From Cyanobacteria bacterium HKST-UBA04 (GTDB taxonomy: Bacteria > Cyanobacteriota > Vampirovibrionia > Vampirovibrionales > JAGQHJ01): a DNA stretch of 64,000 bases. Of this stretch, positions 56,416-64,000 are shown piece by piece. Every line of letters starts with the position of its first letter. Position 1 is the first letter of the stretch. The notes under the pieces are model-generated. The model was not told where the DNA came from and did no database searches. It saw nothing but the letters and a program-made list of their open reading frames with translations. The translations under genes and the position numbers were made by a program. The stretch is taken from assembly GCA_020431915.1 (NCBI GenBank), contig JAGQHJ010000005.1, positions 1,087 to 65,086 of the forward strand. The letters run 5' to 3'.

Positions 56416-57039
56416 ATGAACCCGTTTGACGTTCTCCTGAAGGCTGTTGGCGCCTCGGCCAAACCGCCCAAATCCTTGCCCCCGGTTGTCACCCCCATCC
56501 TGGACAGCGTCCTCAATGGCAAGCGCCTATGGCTGCTAAGCCCAGACGATGCGGCATTGGCCAAGGGCCAGGGGCTGGTTACCGCATCGATTCAGGCGGC
56601 CCAGGCCGGCCGGCCCGTGCTGAACCACTACCTGAAAGCCTTGATGCCGACGTTTGGCGTACAAACGGCCCGGTTTAACACCCTGGGTGACTTATTGGCC
56701 GAACTGGACGCCCGGCGACAAGGAGAGCTGCCCCTGCCCGATGTGCTAGTTGTTTCTGGCTGTATTCCCCACCTGGCACAGGCGGTGGATGCACTGCTGG
56801 AAGCCGGTTGCCAGCCCGAAAGCCTGCTGATTTATGTCGATAGCCGGCAACGGGCGGTTATCCCGGCGTTTTGCCCCGAAATTGGCGTACTCAACGAGCG
56901 ATCCCTGGATGGGTCCGTTATCAATACCGTGCGGGCCATCGAAGGCCATGTGGCCCGATGGCAGGGATCCCGGATCAATACGTCTGGCAACAATGGTGGT
57001 GGCAAGGTGATTCCCTTGTCGCTGGCCATGTCGCGCTAG
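56416..57039 (+). CDS. hypothetical protein
   Basis: The ATG at 56416 (MNPFDVLLKAVG...) lies within ORF 56368..57039. No family recognised. Confidence 0.5.
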   Translation: MNPFDVLLKAVGASAKPPKSLPPVVTPILDSVLNGKRLWLLSPDDAALAKGQGLVTASIQAAQAGRPVLNHYLKALMPTFGVQTARFNTLGDLLAELDARRQGELPLPDVLVVSGCIPHLAQAVDALLEAGCQPESLLIYVDSRQRAVIPAFCPEIGVLNERSLDGSVINTVRAIEGHVARWQGSRINTSGNNGGGKVIPLSLAMSR

Positions 57040-57065
57040 GGAGAATCCGAAGTTCAGGGCGCAGC

Positions 57066-59384
57066 CTATGGTGCAGTAGGGGGGGCAGCCTCTTCGGGGC
57101 TGGGTGGCTGGCCTTGTCCGGGCGCCGGGCCCTTGCCGGTCAGTTCGGTCAAGCGGGTGTTGGCATAGCTGCCGTACTCGTCTCCCGTCCCGCCGGGGTT
57201 TAGTTTAAGAAACTGCTGGTAGTTGGTCACGGCACATGTGGTTTGGTTCAATTCGTCGCAGGTAATGGCCAAGGCGTAAACGGCATCGGCGTTGTTCGGG
57301 TCGAACTTCACCGACGATTCATAGGCGGCCTTGGCCGGGCTGAGCTTCTTCTGGCCTTCGTAAACCAGGCCGCGGTAGTAGTAGGCCAAGGCGTTCTGCT
57401 TGTCGGCCTGCAGTACCTCGTCGATGAGTTGCATGGCGCGCGGGTAGCTTTTCCGTTCGTAGGCCTCGAAGGCCGCGACCAGCTTGTTCTGGAGGGCATC
57501 GGATTCGACGGAGGCCAGCAGATCCTTGACCTCGGTAAAGTTCGGGTTAATCTGAAGCGCTTTCTTGTACAGGGCAATGGCTTCCTTGTCCCGGCGTAGT
57601 TCCTGGAGCAACAGGCCCTTGTAATAGTAGTACTGGGCATTGTTTGGCTCGGCCTTCAGGGCCTTGTCAAAGGCGGTTAGGGCTTCCGTGTTGCGGTGCA
57701 TGGATTGCAGGGCCAGGCCATAGCGCGACAGCACGTCGCCGTTGTTGGGATTTTTGGCCAGGTACTGCTCGTAGCCCCGGATGGCGGCCGAATAATCGTT
57801 CTTGTCGTGGGCCTGGGCAGCGCTTACCAGCACCTGCGCATCGTTGGTGGTTCGCAGTGCGGCCAGCAACTGTTGGGCTTCTTGCAGGCCGGGGTTCAAC
57901 TTGACGGCTGTTTCCAGGATGCGAATGGCCTCGCTGTCATTGTTTTGGGCATGCAACACGCTACCCAGGTTGGCATAGGCTTCGGCGGTGGGCTTTTTGC
58001 CAATGCTTTGCTGGTAATAGTACGAGGCCATGTTGTAGTCCTTGATTTCGTGCATGGCCACGCCGGCCCGGTACAACACGTCGGCATCGTTGGGGTAGGT
58101 GCGGGCATAGCTTTCCCAGCCGCTTTTAATCTTGGCGGCATCGCCCTGCATGGTATAGGTGGCAATCAACTGCTCCATCACGGCCCGTTTGTCGCGGGCA
58201 TTGGACATGGCCCGGTTAAGCAGCACCTCGGCATCGCGCGGCCGGTTCATGCTTTTGAGCAGGTCTGCCTTGTTGATGAGGGCCTGGGTATTGTTGGGAT
58301 CCTTGGCCAGAACGGCATCGTAGAATTTGAGGGCGTCTTTGTCGTTGCCCTGGGACTGGGCCAGGCTGCCCATATTCAGGTCAATAATGGGGTTGTTCGG
58401 GTCCAGCTGCTTGCTGATGGCGTACTGGGCCTGGGCATCCTGCTCGCGCCCCAGGCGTTGGTAAACCGTGCCCAGGTTCAGGTGTGCTGACAGGTTGCGC
58501 GGGTTCAGCACGATTTCCTTTTTCCAAAGCTGTTCGAGGGCCAGCAGGGCATCCTTGTTTTGCGGGTTAATGGCCACGGCCTGGTTAAAGGCGTCTGCGG
58601 CCTTGGCCGGGTCGGCGTTTTTCAGGTGGGCCGTGCCGAGCTTGACGAACAGGGTATCGGGCGGACTGTTGGTACTTTTGGCGGCTTTTTCATACATGCC
58701 GATGGCCCGGTTGGGCCGTTGGAAAATGGTGAAAATGTCGCCCTGGGCAATCCAGGCATCGGTTAGGCTGGGGTTTTTGATGGCGGCCATGCCGAACGAC
58801 ACCATGGCCGAGAGCATGTCACCGGCCCGGCGTTCTTTCCAGGCTTGCTGCAAATGGTATTGGGCATCGTCGGGGTTGACCTGCATGCTTTGCAGGGCGT
58901 ATTTCAGGTTTTCCTCGGCGACCTTGATGTTCTGCACGTAGTTGCTTTCCTGCGTGGGGCGGTCGGGCCACATGTAGCTAAGGTAAAACAGGGCCTTCTT
59001 GTAGTTTTCGGCGGCCTTGGCATAGTTTTTTTGCTGGTTGTGGTAGCGTACCCCCACCTGAATGTAGCTGGCGGCCAGGTTGTTCGTGACGGCCGAGTCA
59101 TCGGGGTTCAGGCGGTTGGCTTTGGTCAGCAGCTCAATGGCGCGTTCCGGGTTGTTGGCCCGGTAGGCTTCCATGGCCTGGTTGTAGTAGGCAATGTAGC
59201 TGTTGGCCGTCTGGCTGTTTTGGGCATGGGCGGTGCCGACCAGCGGTGTCGATAAGCCGTTGGGCACGGCGGAAGACAGCAATAGGCCTGCCGACAGCAG
59301 CAGGCCAAGGGAGGCCGGCCCCAAGGCAAAGCGGGTTAATTGACGGGAGGGATGAGGGAAGGAGAATCGCTGCTTTGGTTTCAT
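57066..59384 (-). CDS. secreted tetratricopeptide-repeat (TPR) protein
   Basis: 772 aa with a signal-like N-terminus. It carries many consecutive 34-residue units with the A..Y..AL..dP.n..a pattern. Confidence 0.85.
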   Translation of the reverse strand: MKPKQRFSFPHPSRQLTRFALGPASLGLLLSAGLLLSSAVPNGLSTPLVGTAHAQNSQTANSYIAYYNQAMEAYRANNPERAIELLTKANRLNPDDSAVTNNLAASYIQVGVRYHNQQKNYAKAAENYKKALFYLSYMWPDRPTQESNYVQNIKVAEENLKYALQSMQVNPDDAQYHLQQAWKERRAGDMLSAMVSFGMAAIKNPSLTDAWIAQGDIFTIFQRPNRAIGMYEKAAKSTNSPPDTLFVKLGTAHLKNADPAKAADAFNQAVAINPQNKDALLALEQLWKKEIVLNPRNLSAHLNLGTVYQRLGREQDAQAQYAISKQLDPNNPIIDLNMGSLAQSQGNDKDALKFYDAVLAKDPNNTQALINKADLLKSMNRPRDAEVLLNRAMSNARDKRAVMEQLIATYTMQGDAAKIKSGWESYARTYPNDADVLYRAGVAMHEIKDYNMASYYYQQSIGKKPTAEAYANLGSVLHAQNNDSEAIRILETAVKLNPGLQEAQQLLAALRTTNDAQVLVSAAQAHDKNDYSAAIRGYEQYLAKNPNNGDVLSRYGLALQSMHRNTEALTAFDKALKAEPNNAQYYYYKGLLLQELRRDKEAIALYKKALQINPNFTEVKDLLASVESDALQNKLVAAFEAYERKSYPRAMQLIDEVLQADKQNALAYYYRGLVYEGQKKLSPAKAAYESSVKFDPNNADAVYALAITCDELNQTTCAVTNYQQFLKLNPGGTGDEYGSYANTRLTELTGKGPAPGQGQPPSPEEAAPPTAP

Positions 59385-59509
59385 AAAGACAGTTTCCTAA
59401 AGGCACCGCCAGGCACGACGGCTTAACGTATTGGCATTATAACAGGCCCCGATGCCGGGCCGTGTCTCCCTGCGAAAGGGTTTTTTACGAGCTTTCTTTT
59501 AGCAGACGC

Positions 59510-59935
59510 TTAAAACGGTAAATTGTTCTCGACGTAGGCGTATTTCCAACCGCTCTCGTTGACCAGCGGTAGCCGGAACTCGCGGACCTGGCCGTTGGGT
59601 AGCCTGACGGTGGCTTTGACAAAGGCCTTCTTCCCCTCGATACTATCGACGTCAAAGTAACCGAAGCGGGCAAATTCGTTGGCCCCGCTGGCAAAAAAGA
59701 ACCGTCGCCAGAAGAATTTCATCACCAGCGAGTCGTTGTTGCCGAACATAATCATCACTTCTTTCAGGCCTAAATCCGCAGCCGATACGGCATCCGGGTT
59801 ACGACGCTTCAATTCTTCGAGAAACCATTCGGCAAATTTGTTGCGGGTGGCCTTGCTGAAGAGGTTCCAGCTGACGTTGCACTGGCTTTGCAGCAGGGAG
59901 GCATAAAACTGGTACAACACTTGATCGGGTGACAT
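59510..59935 (-). CDS. hypothetical protein (NTF2-like fold suspected)
   Basis: The ATG at 59935 gives MSPDQVLYQFY. The C-terminal KATVRLPNGQVREFRLPLVNESGWKYAY resembles the cone-shaped NTF2-like/DUF4878 pattern. It lies immediately upstream of the TPR gene on the same strand. Confidence 0.5.
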   Translation of the reverse strand: MSPDQVLYQFYASLLQSQCNVSWNLFSKATRNKFAEWFLEELKRRNPDAVSAADLGLKEVMIMFGNNDSLVMKFFWRRFFFASGANEFARFGYFDVDSIEGKKAFVKATVRLPNGQVREFRLPLVNESGWKYAYVENNLPF

Positions 59936-60243
59936 GGGCAGGCCGTACAAAACAGGGGATACACCACGCCAAACCCCACCAGGTTCTAAGACAAAGAGCG
60001 GGGGGCGCGATTCGTCCTCCTATTATAACGGGTTCACTTGCCCCCAAACAGCGGCCTTTATGAATGATGTTGGCAAGGGCTGGCAGGGTAAGCTTGATGG
60101 CCTGTTTCCCTTTGCGCATAATGGGGGCACGGTGTGCCTGGTACGGATCAACGGGTGTTGTTATTTCTCGTTGTTTGTCGGTTCGGGGCAGCCGAGAGAA
60201 GGCTCTTGGTGTTAGGCAAAGAGAGAAGGATGTCGGTGAATCG

Positions 60244-61029
60244 ATGAGTAGCAGGAAAAAGGGCAGGCAGTTGGTGTCGTGGAATGTCAACGGTATTCGT
60301 GCCGTGGCCAAAAAGGGCTTTTACGACTGGTTTGCCCAGACCCAGCCGTTTGTATTGGGGCTTCAGGAAACCAAAATCAGTGCCCACCAGTTGACCCCCG
60401 ATTTGACCGACGTACCGGGCTATGTCAGTTACTGGTCTCATGCCGAACGGCCTGGTTATAGCGGAACAGCGCTGTTTTGCCGAGAAAAGCCCCTTAAGGT
60501 TACCGAAGGCCTTGGCGTACCCGAGTTTGACACGGAAGGCCGAACGCTGGTGGCTGAATTTGACGATTTTGTGCTGTATAACATCTACTTTCCCAATGGC
60601 CAGCGCAGTGATGATCGGCTGGACTACAAGCTACGGTTTTACGACGCCTTCCTGGAGGTGTTTAACCGCCGACGTGCCCAGGGCAAGCCGGTGATTGTCT
60701 GCGGGGACCTCAACACGGCCCACCATCCCATTGATTTGGCCCGACCCAAGGCCAACGAGGACGTATCCGGCTTCTTGCCCATTGAGCGGGCCTGGATGGA
60801 CAAGCTGGTGGGGGAAGGTTACGTGGACACCTTCAGGCACTTTCATCCCGACGAGCCGGACCGGTATTCGTGGTGGAACATGCGCAGCCGAGCCCGTGAA
60901 CGCAACGTGGGATGGCGCATTGACTACTTTTTTACCTCGTCGGAGTTGGCGGGGGCGTACCTGGATGCCGATATTCACGACAGCGTACAGGGGTCGGACC
61001 ACTGCCCGGTGTCCCTGACGTTGACGTAG
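60244..61029 (+). CDS. xth: exodeoxyribonuclease III (AP endonuclease)
   Basis: The ATG at 60244 gives ...LVSWNVNGIRAV. Also LQETK, GYSGTALF, NIYFPNG, VCGDLNTAHHPIDL, WRIDYFF and SDHCPV motifs. Confidence 0.92.
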   Translation: MSSRKKGRQLVSWNVNGIRAVAKKGFYDWFAQTQPFVLGLQETKISAHQLTPDLTDVPGYVSYWSHAERPGYSGTALFCREKPLKVTEGLGVPEFDTEGRTLVAEFDDFVLYNIYFPNGQRSDDRLDYKLRFYDAFLEVFNRRRAQGKPVIVCGDLNTAHHPIDLARPKANEDVSGFLPIERAWMDKLVGEGYVDTFRHFHPDEPDRYSWWNMRSRARERNVGWRIDYFFTSSELAGAYLDADIHDSVQGSDHCPVSLTLT

Positions 61030-61091
61030 CCATGGAACCTGTCCCTGAATCCGTCCCTGAAATCGCCCCTTAAACGGCAAGGATCCCTTGG

Positions 61092-61976
61092 ATGTCGTCA
61101 CCGTCACCGCGCCAGGCCATTGCACCGCCGCCCCAGCCCCCTCTGCCACGCCGTGCTGGTCGCCTGTCGGCGGCCCAATGGTGCCAGTGGCTGCAGTACT
61201 ATCAAACACCGGATTTCATCGAAACCGATCCCATCCGATACCCCCACCGCTTTCAACGGGTCGGGGCCGATGAAGCCTGTGTGGAACTGGTGGCGTTTTT
61301 GGCCGCCATGTTTAGCTACGGCAATCGTCAGGCGTTTTTCGGGGTGCTCGATACCCTCTTTGACCGGCTGGGCGAAGACCCGCTGGCATGCCTGCTGGAT
61401 AGTACCCCGTCGGCCTTGAGCCAACGGTGCCAGGGGGTGTATTACCGGTTTTATACCGAATCGGACCTGGCCCAGGTGCTGTGGGCACTGCGGCATGTTT
61501 ACCTGGTTTATGGCAGCCTGAAAGCCTGCTGGCAGCAGGTTGTGGATAACGACAGCACGGACTTGAGCCATCAGTTGTGCCAGTTCCGTCATGCGTTGCT
61601 GCAGCCACTGCAATATGCGGCGATGCCGAGCAATGGGCTGCGGTTTTTTCTGGCCGATCCCGCCAAAGGAGGGACGGCCAAACGGTGGATGATGTGGTTG
61701 CGGTGGATGGTACGCCACGATGCCATTGACCTGGGGCTGTGGCACGACGTGATGACGCCTGACCGGCTGGCCATGCCCGTTGACGTGCATGTGCTTAGAA
61801 CGGCTCGGTATTGCCGCATTACGACGCTTAAAAGCCCTAGTTGGAAGCTGGTTCAGGCCATCACAGCGTATTTTCGTGCCCTGAACCCGGCAGACCCGGT
61901 GGTGTATGACTTTGCCCTGTTTGGGCTGGGCCAGGCCCTTGCTGGTGCCGATGCACCACACCCCGATAAAGATTAG
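61092..61976 (+). CDS. TIGR02757/DUF2400-like protein with endonuclease-III-like (HhH) C-terminal pattern
   Basis: 294 aa with KRWMMWLRWMVRHD...GLW...PVDVHVLRTARYCRI...DPVVYDFALFGLG. I recall this pattern for the TIGR02757 family. The PVDxHVxR segment resembles the VDTHVxR of HhH glycosylases. Confidence 0.55.
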   Translation: MSSPSPRQAIAPPPQPPLPRRAGRLSAAQWCQWLQYYQTPDFIETDPIRYPHRFQRVGADEACVELVAFLAAMFSYGNRQAFFGVLDTLFDRLGEDPLACLLDSTPSALSQRCQGVYYRFYTESDLAQVLWALRHVYLVYGSLKACWQQVVDNDSTDLSHQLCQFRHALLQPLQYAAMPSNGLRFFLADPAKGGTAKRWMMWLRWMVRHDAIDLGLWHDVMTPDRLAMPVDVHVLRTARYCRITTLKSPSWKLVQAITAYFRALNPADPVVYDFALFGLGQALAGADAPHPDKD

Positions 61977-62128
61977 GATACTATTAAAACCAGGTGACCA
62001 GCCTCAATTTTACCCTTTTGTATGTTTTTATATAGATAAGGTAATGTTGTTTAAGTGAAGTAGAAAAGGGGATTGTTTCACCCATGTCGCAATGGTTATG
62101 GTCATGGATCAATTGCTTCCATGGCGTT

Positions 62129-62386
62129 TTAAACGTTTTTGACGGTGGCTGCTGGTTGCAGGCCCCCGATGCCGTGTACCTGGATCGGCGTCGTCAGCAC
62201 AGCCGCAACCGTTATCTGGGCCGTCGCCTGTCGGATTTTGAAGGCCCCGAGGCCATGATCGAATTCGATGTCAGTTGTGCCGTGGCCTTGCACCGGCAGC
62301 ATCGCGACGATCGCCAACAGCAGCCATGCTAGAGTCACGGTTGTAGCAAAACAAGGGTGCACCCTCACGCGGCCGCGCCCCGGCAT
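62129..62386 (-). CDS. possible small secreted/membrane protein
   Basis: Overlapping + and - ORFs occur here. A hand count of codon-position GC over 62161-62220 slightly favours the minus frame (3rd 80%, 1st 70%, 2nd 50%). The minus product has a signal-like TLAWLLLAIVAMLPVQG. Confidence 0.3.
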   Translation of the reverse strand: MPGRGRVRVHPCFATTVTLAWLLLAIVAMLPVQGHGTTDIEFDHGLGAFKIRQATAQITVAAVLTTPIQVHGIGGLQPAATVKNV

Positions 62387-62417
62387 GTCGATTTGCCATG
62401 AGTGGCAGGTGTGGCCT

Positions 62418-62486
62418 GCTCAGGGCTTATTATAGGCAACTTTGCCTTCCTTTCGACGGCCAAGTTGCCTATAATAAGCCCTGAGC
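62418..62486. repeat. 25-bp perfect inverted repeat with 19-bp spacer upstream of yggT
   Basis: GCTCAGGGCTTATTATAGGCAACTT (62418-62442) and AAGTTGCCTATAATAAGCCCTGAGC (62462-62486) are exact reverse complements. The right arm contains TATAAT. Confidence 0.95.
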
Positions 62487-62555
62487 CCCAACCGTTCAGG
62501 GTGGGGCGCCGTGTTGTTACAAGGCCCCTGAGCCTTCTGCCCGGAGAGACGTTGT

Positions 62556-62849
62556 TTGGCTATGCCCCTGCTGCCCCTGGTGTTTGAGTTCCTGGTTCGT
62601 TTCCTGAACTTTGTGTTGGTGGTGCTGTTTGTGCGCATCCTGTTGTCCTGGATCATCCAGGACCCCTTCAAATGGCGAAAACAGCCCTTCAAACTGATGC
62701 AGGACCTGACCGAGCCTATTTTGGCGCCTACCCGGCAACTGCTGCCCCCCATTGGCGGGCTGGATCTGTCACCGATTTTGGCGTTCTTTTTGCTGGAAAT
62801 TTTAATCCGGCTGTTTGAAATGCTGAAGCTGATGACCCTAAACCCTTAG
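62556..62849 (+). CDS. yggT: YggT-family (Ycf19-like) membrane protein
   Basis: 97 aa with the FVRILLSWI...P...L..TEPILAPTRQLLPPIGGLDLSPILAFFLLEIL pattern of YggT. Confidence 0.8.
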   Translation: MAMPLLPLVFEFLVRFLNFVLVVLFVRILLSWIIQDPFKWRKQPFKLMQDLTEPILAPTRQLLPPIGGLDLSPILAFFLLEILIRLFEMLKLMTLNP

Positions 62850-62886
62850 CCCCTAACCGGTTTGCCAGCTTAGTTGGTGCGGGTGC

Positions 62887-63663
62887 CTAGCTTGAGGCGC
62901 TGGAAAGGGAGGGGTTGTTCGAGGTGCCCAGTTGTTTGGGTGGAGCTTCTTGAGCAGGGGCTTTCCATGGGTTGTCTGCTTGGCCGGTTGATACGGGATT
63001 GGGTACGGACATGTACGTGTCCGAAGCGCGGTAGTCTTTGCCACCGTTCTGGTGCCATGCGTGGGTTTGGGGCTGCCAATGGTGCTTGTGTTGTTCGTAG
63101 GCCCGTCGGCTGCCATGAAACACCTGGCGGTGTCCGACCACTTGGCCTGGCATGGCCGTGGTACCCTGGGCCTTGCGCACCGAGGCGGGCATGCGCCAGC
63201 GGTTGTGGTAGAGGCTTTGTCGAACGTAGGGAACGTATCCATGGGCGGGCATGGTGCCCCCGGGCCGATAGGCCGGGGCATGGGGGTCGCCGCCGGGTTG
63301 CGAACCGAAGTCGGTGTACAGCTCGCTAATGGCAAAGGGCAGTTCGTAGGGTTGGATGTGGTCTTTCTGGACGTGTTGTACGCGATCGTAGCCACAGTGT
63401 TTGCAAAAGAGCTCCTGGGGCTGGATGGGACCAAAAATGGAAGGCTTTGGCAACCGTTTGGCTGAGCAGCGTCGGCAAACCAGCATGTTCCAGACCACCT
63501 TGACGTGGTAACCGCAGTCGGGGCAATAGGCAGACCCTTTGGTTACGTCTACACGCGCGTGGGTACAAGAGCCGGTATTGAACCAGACCCGTAAAAAAGC
63601 GGCGATGGCCTTCACTAGTCTCAACTGTCTAGTCTCTCTCTCAGTCGCTTCAGCGTGACTCAT
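62887..63663 (-). CDS. hypothetical protein with two zinc-ribbon-like CxxC pairs and His/Gln/Pro-rich C-terminal half
   Basis: The ATG at 63663 (MSHAEATERE...) lies within ORF 62887..63741. It contains CPDCGYHVKVVWNMLVCRRC and CKHCGYDR. No family recognised. Confidence 0.5.
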   Translation of the reverse strand: MSHAEATERETRQLRLVKAIAAFLRVWFNTGSCTHARVDVTKGSAYCPDCGYHVKVVWNMLVCRRCSAKRLPKPSIFGPIQPQELFCKHCGYDRVQHVQKDHIQPYELPFAISELYTDFGSQPGGDPHAPAYRPGGTMPAHGYVPYVRQSLYHNRWRMPASVRKAQGTTAMPGQVVGHRQVFHGSRRAYEQHKHHWQPQTHAWHQNGGKDYRASDTYMSVPNPVSTGQADNPWKAPAQEAPPKQLGTSNNPSLSSASS

Positions 63664-64000
63664 TCTGCAAGGAATAGGGGAACCATGGGGAGATGGGGAG
63701 GAGGGAAAGGGACACAACGTTGGCAAACGCATGAACGGCAACGGGCTGTCGTGTCACAGGGTATGATAGGGTATGACAGGCGGGGGCGTTATGCGTGATT
63801 CCAATGGCAAGCACATCATAGCCGTCATGGCCGGGTTATCGGCTCATTCAGATGGAGGGGAGGCCGGTTTTTTTGGGTCAACCGGAGGAGGGGCCGGTTA
63901 AGGCCGGTCCGGTTAAGAAAGGTCCGATTAAGGCTGGATCCGATCCTATTTTTTTTTGGGGGGGGGTAAATCCGTTGCGTTTGTTAACAATCTGGCACAT

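Noticed and set aside
63824-64000. 58-codon minus-strand ORF starting at the last bases of the window (MCQIVNKRNGFTPPPKKNRIGSSLNRTFLNRTGLNR...)
   Set aside because: Its sequence is dictated by the homopolymer tracts and the TTAAG repeats. It is very likely non-coding.

Overview
High-GC bacterial chromosomal window (roughly high-50s % GC, judged by eye). All function calls come from motifs I recognise in the supplied translations. No database or HMM search was possible.

Core content:
- A tuf-rpsJ pair and an S10/spc ribosomal-protein block (rplC to rplR) on the + strand at 7.5-17.8 kb. The block ends abruptly after rplR and is followed by leuB.
- Three minus-strand tRNAs at 3.4-3.8 kb: Thr-GGU, Tyr-GUA and Thr-UGU.
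- Housekeeping genes: pyrF, leuB, rsmH, proC-rocD, proS-lepA (TAA directly followed by ATG), tlyA, nupC, clpC, xth, yggT and an RsuA/RluB-type pseudouridine synthase.
- A GT4 glycosyltransferase next to a Wzm/Wzt-like ABC exporter, an SSS-family symporter, a lipoprotein family-5 substrate-binding protein (SBP), a Fur-family regulator, an MBL-fold hydrolase, a SAM methyltransferase and a 772-aa TPR protein.

Lineage: the EF-Tu, ClpC and YggT/Ycf19 sequences and the tuf-rpsJ linkage look cyanobacteria-like, yet no photosynthesis genes are present. I infer a non-photosynthetic relative of Cyanobacteria (Vampirovibrionia- or Sericytochromatia-like). This is inference only.

Roughly a third of the genes are orphans. 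Several carry Tyr/Pro/Gln/Gly-rich or hyper-acidic low-complexity regions.

Most interesting regions:
1. 32.1-34.2 kb: an AT-rich ORF-free island with a promoter/terminator pair, a small XRE-type HTH gene with a 13-bp-arm inverted repeat over its promoter, a 5.5-copy 49-bp palindrome-bearing tandem array fused to the gene's 3' end, and a prion-like Q/P/Y/G-rich protein.
2. 26.5-28.7 kb: a Fur-family regulator divergent from a two-gene operon encoding a Cys-motif membrane protein and a His-rich protein.
3. 46.2-51.9 kb: an orphan cluster with a 733-aa hyper-acidic protein and an HExxH protein.
4. 39.5-40.5 kb and 42.0-42.8 kb: ORF-poor stretches punctuated by strong intrinsic terminators.

I recognised no CRISPR array, transposase, integrase or known defence system.
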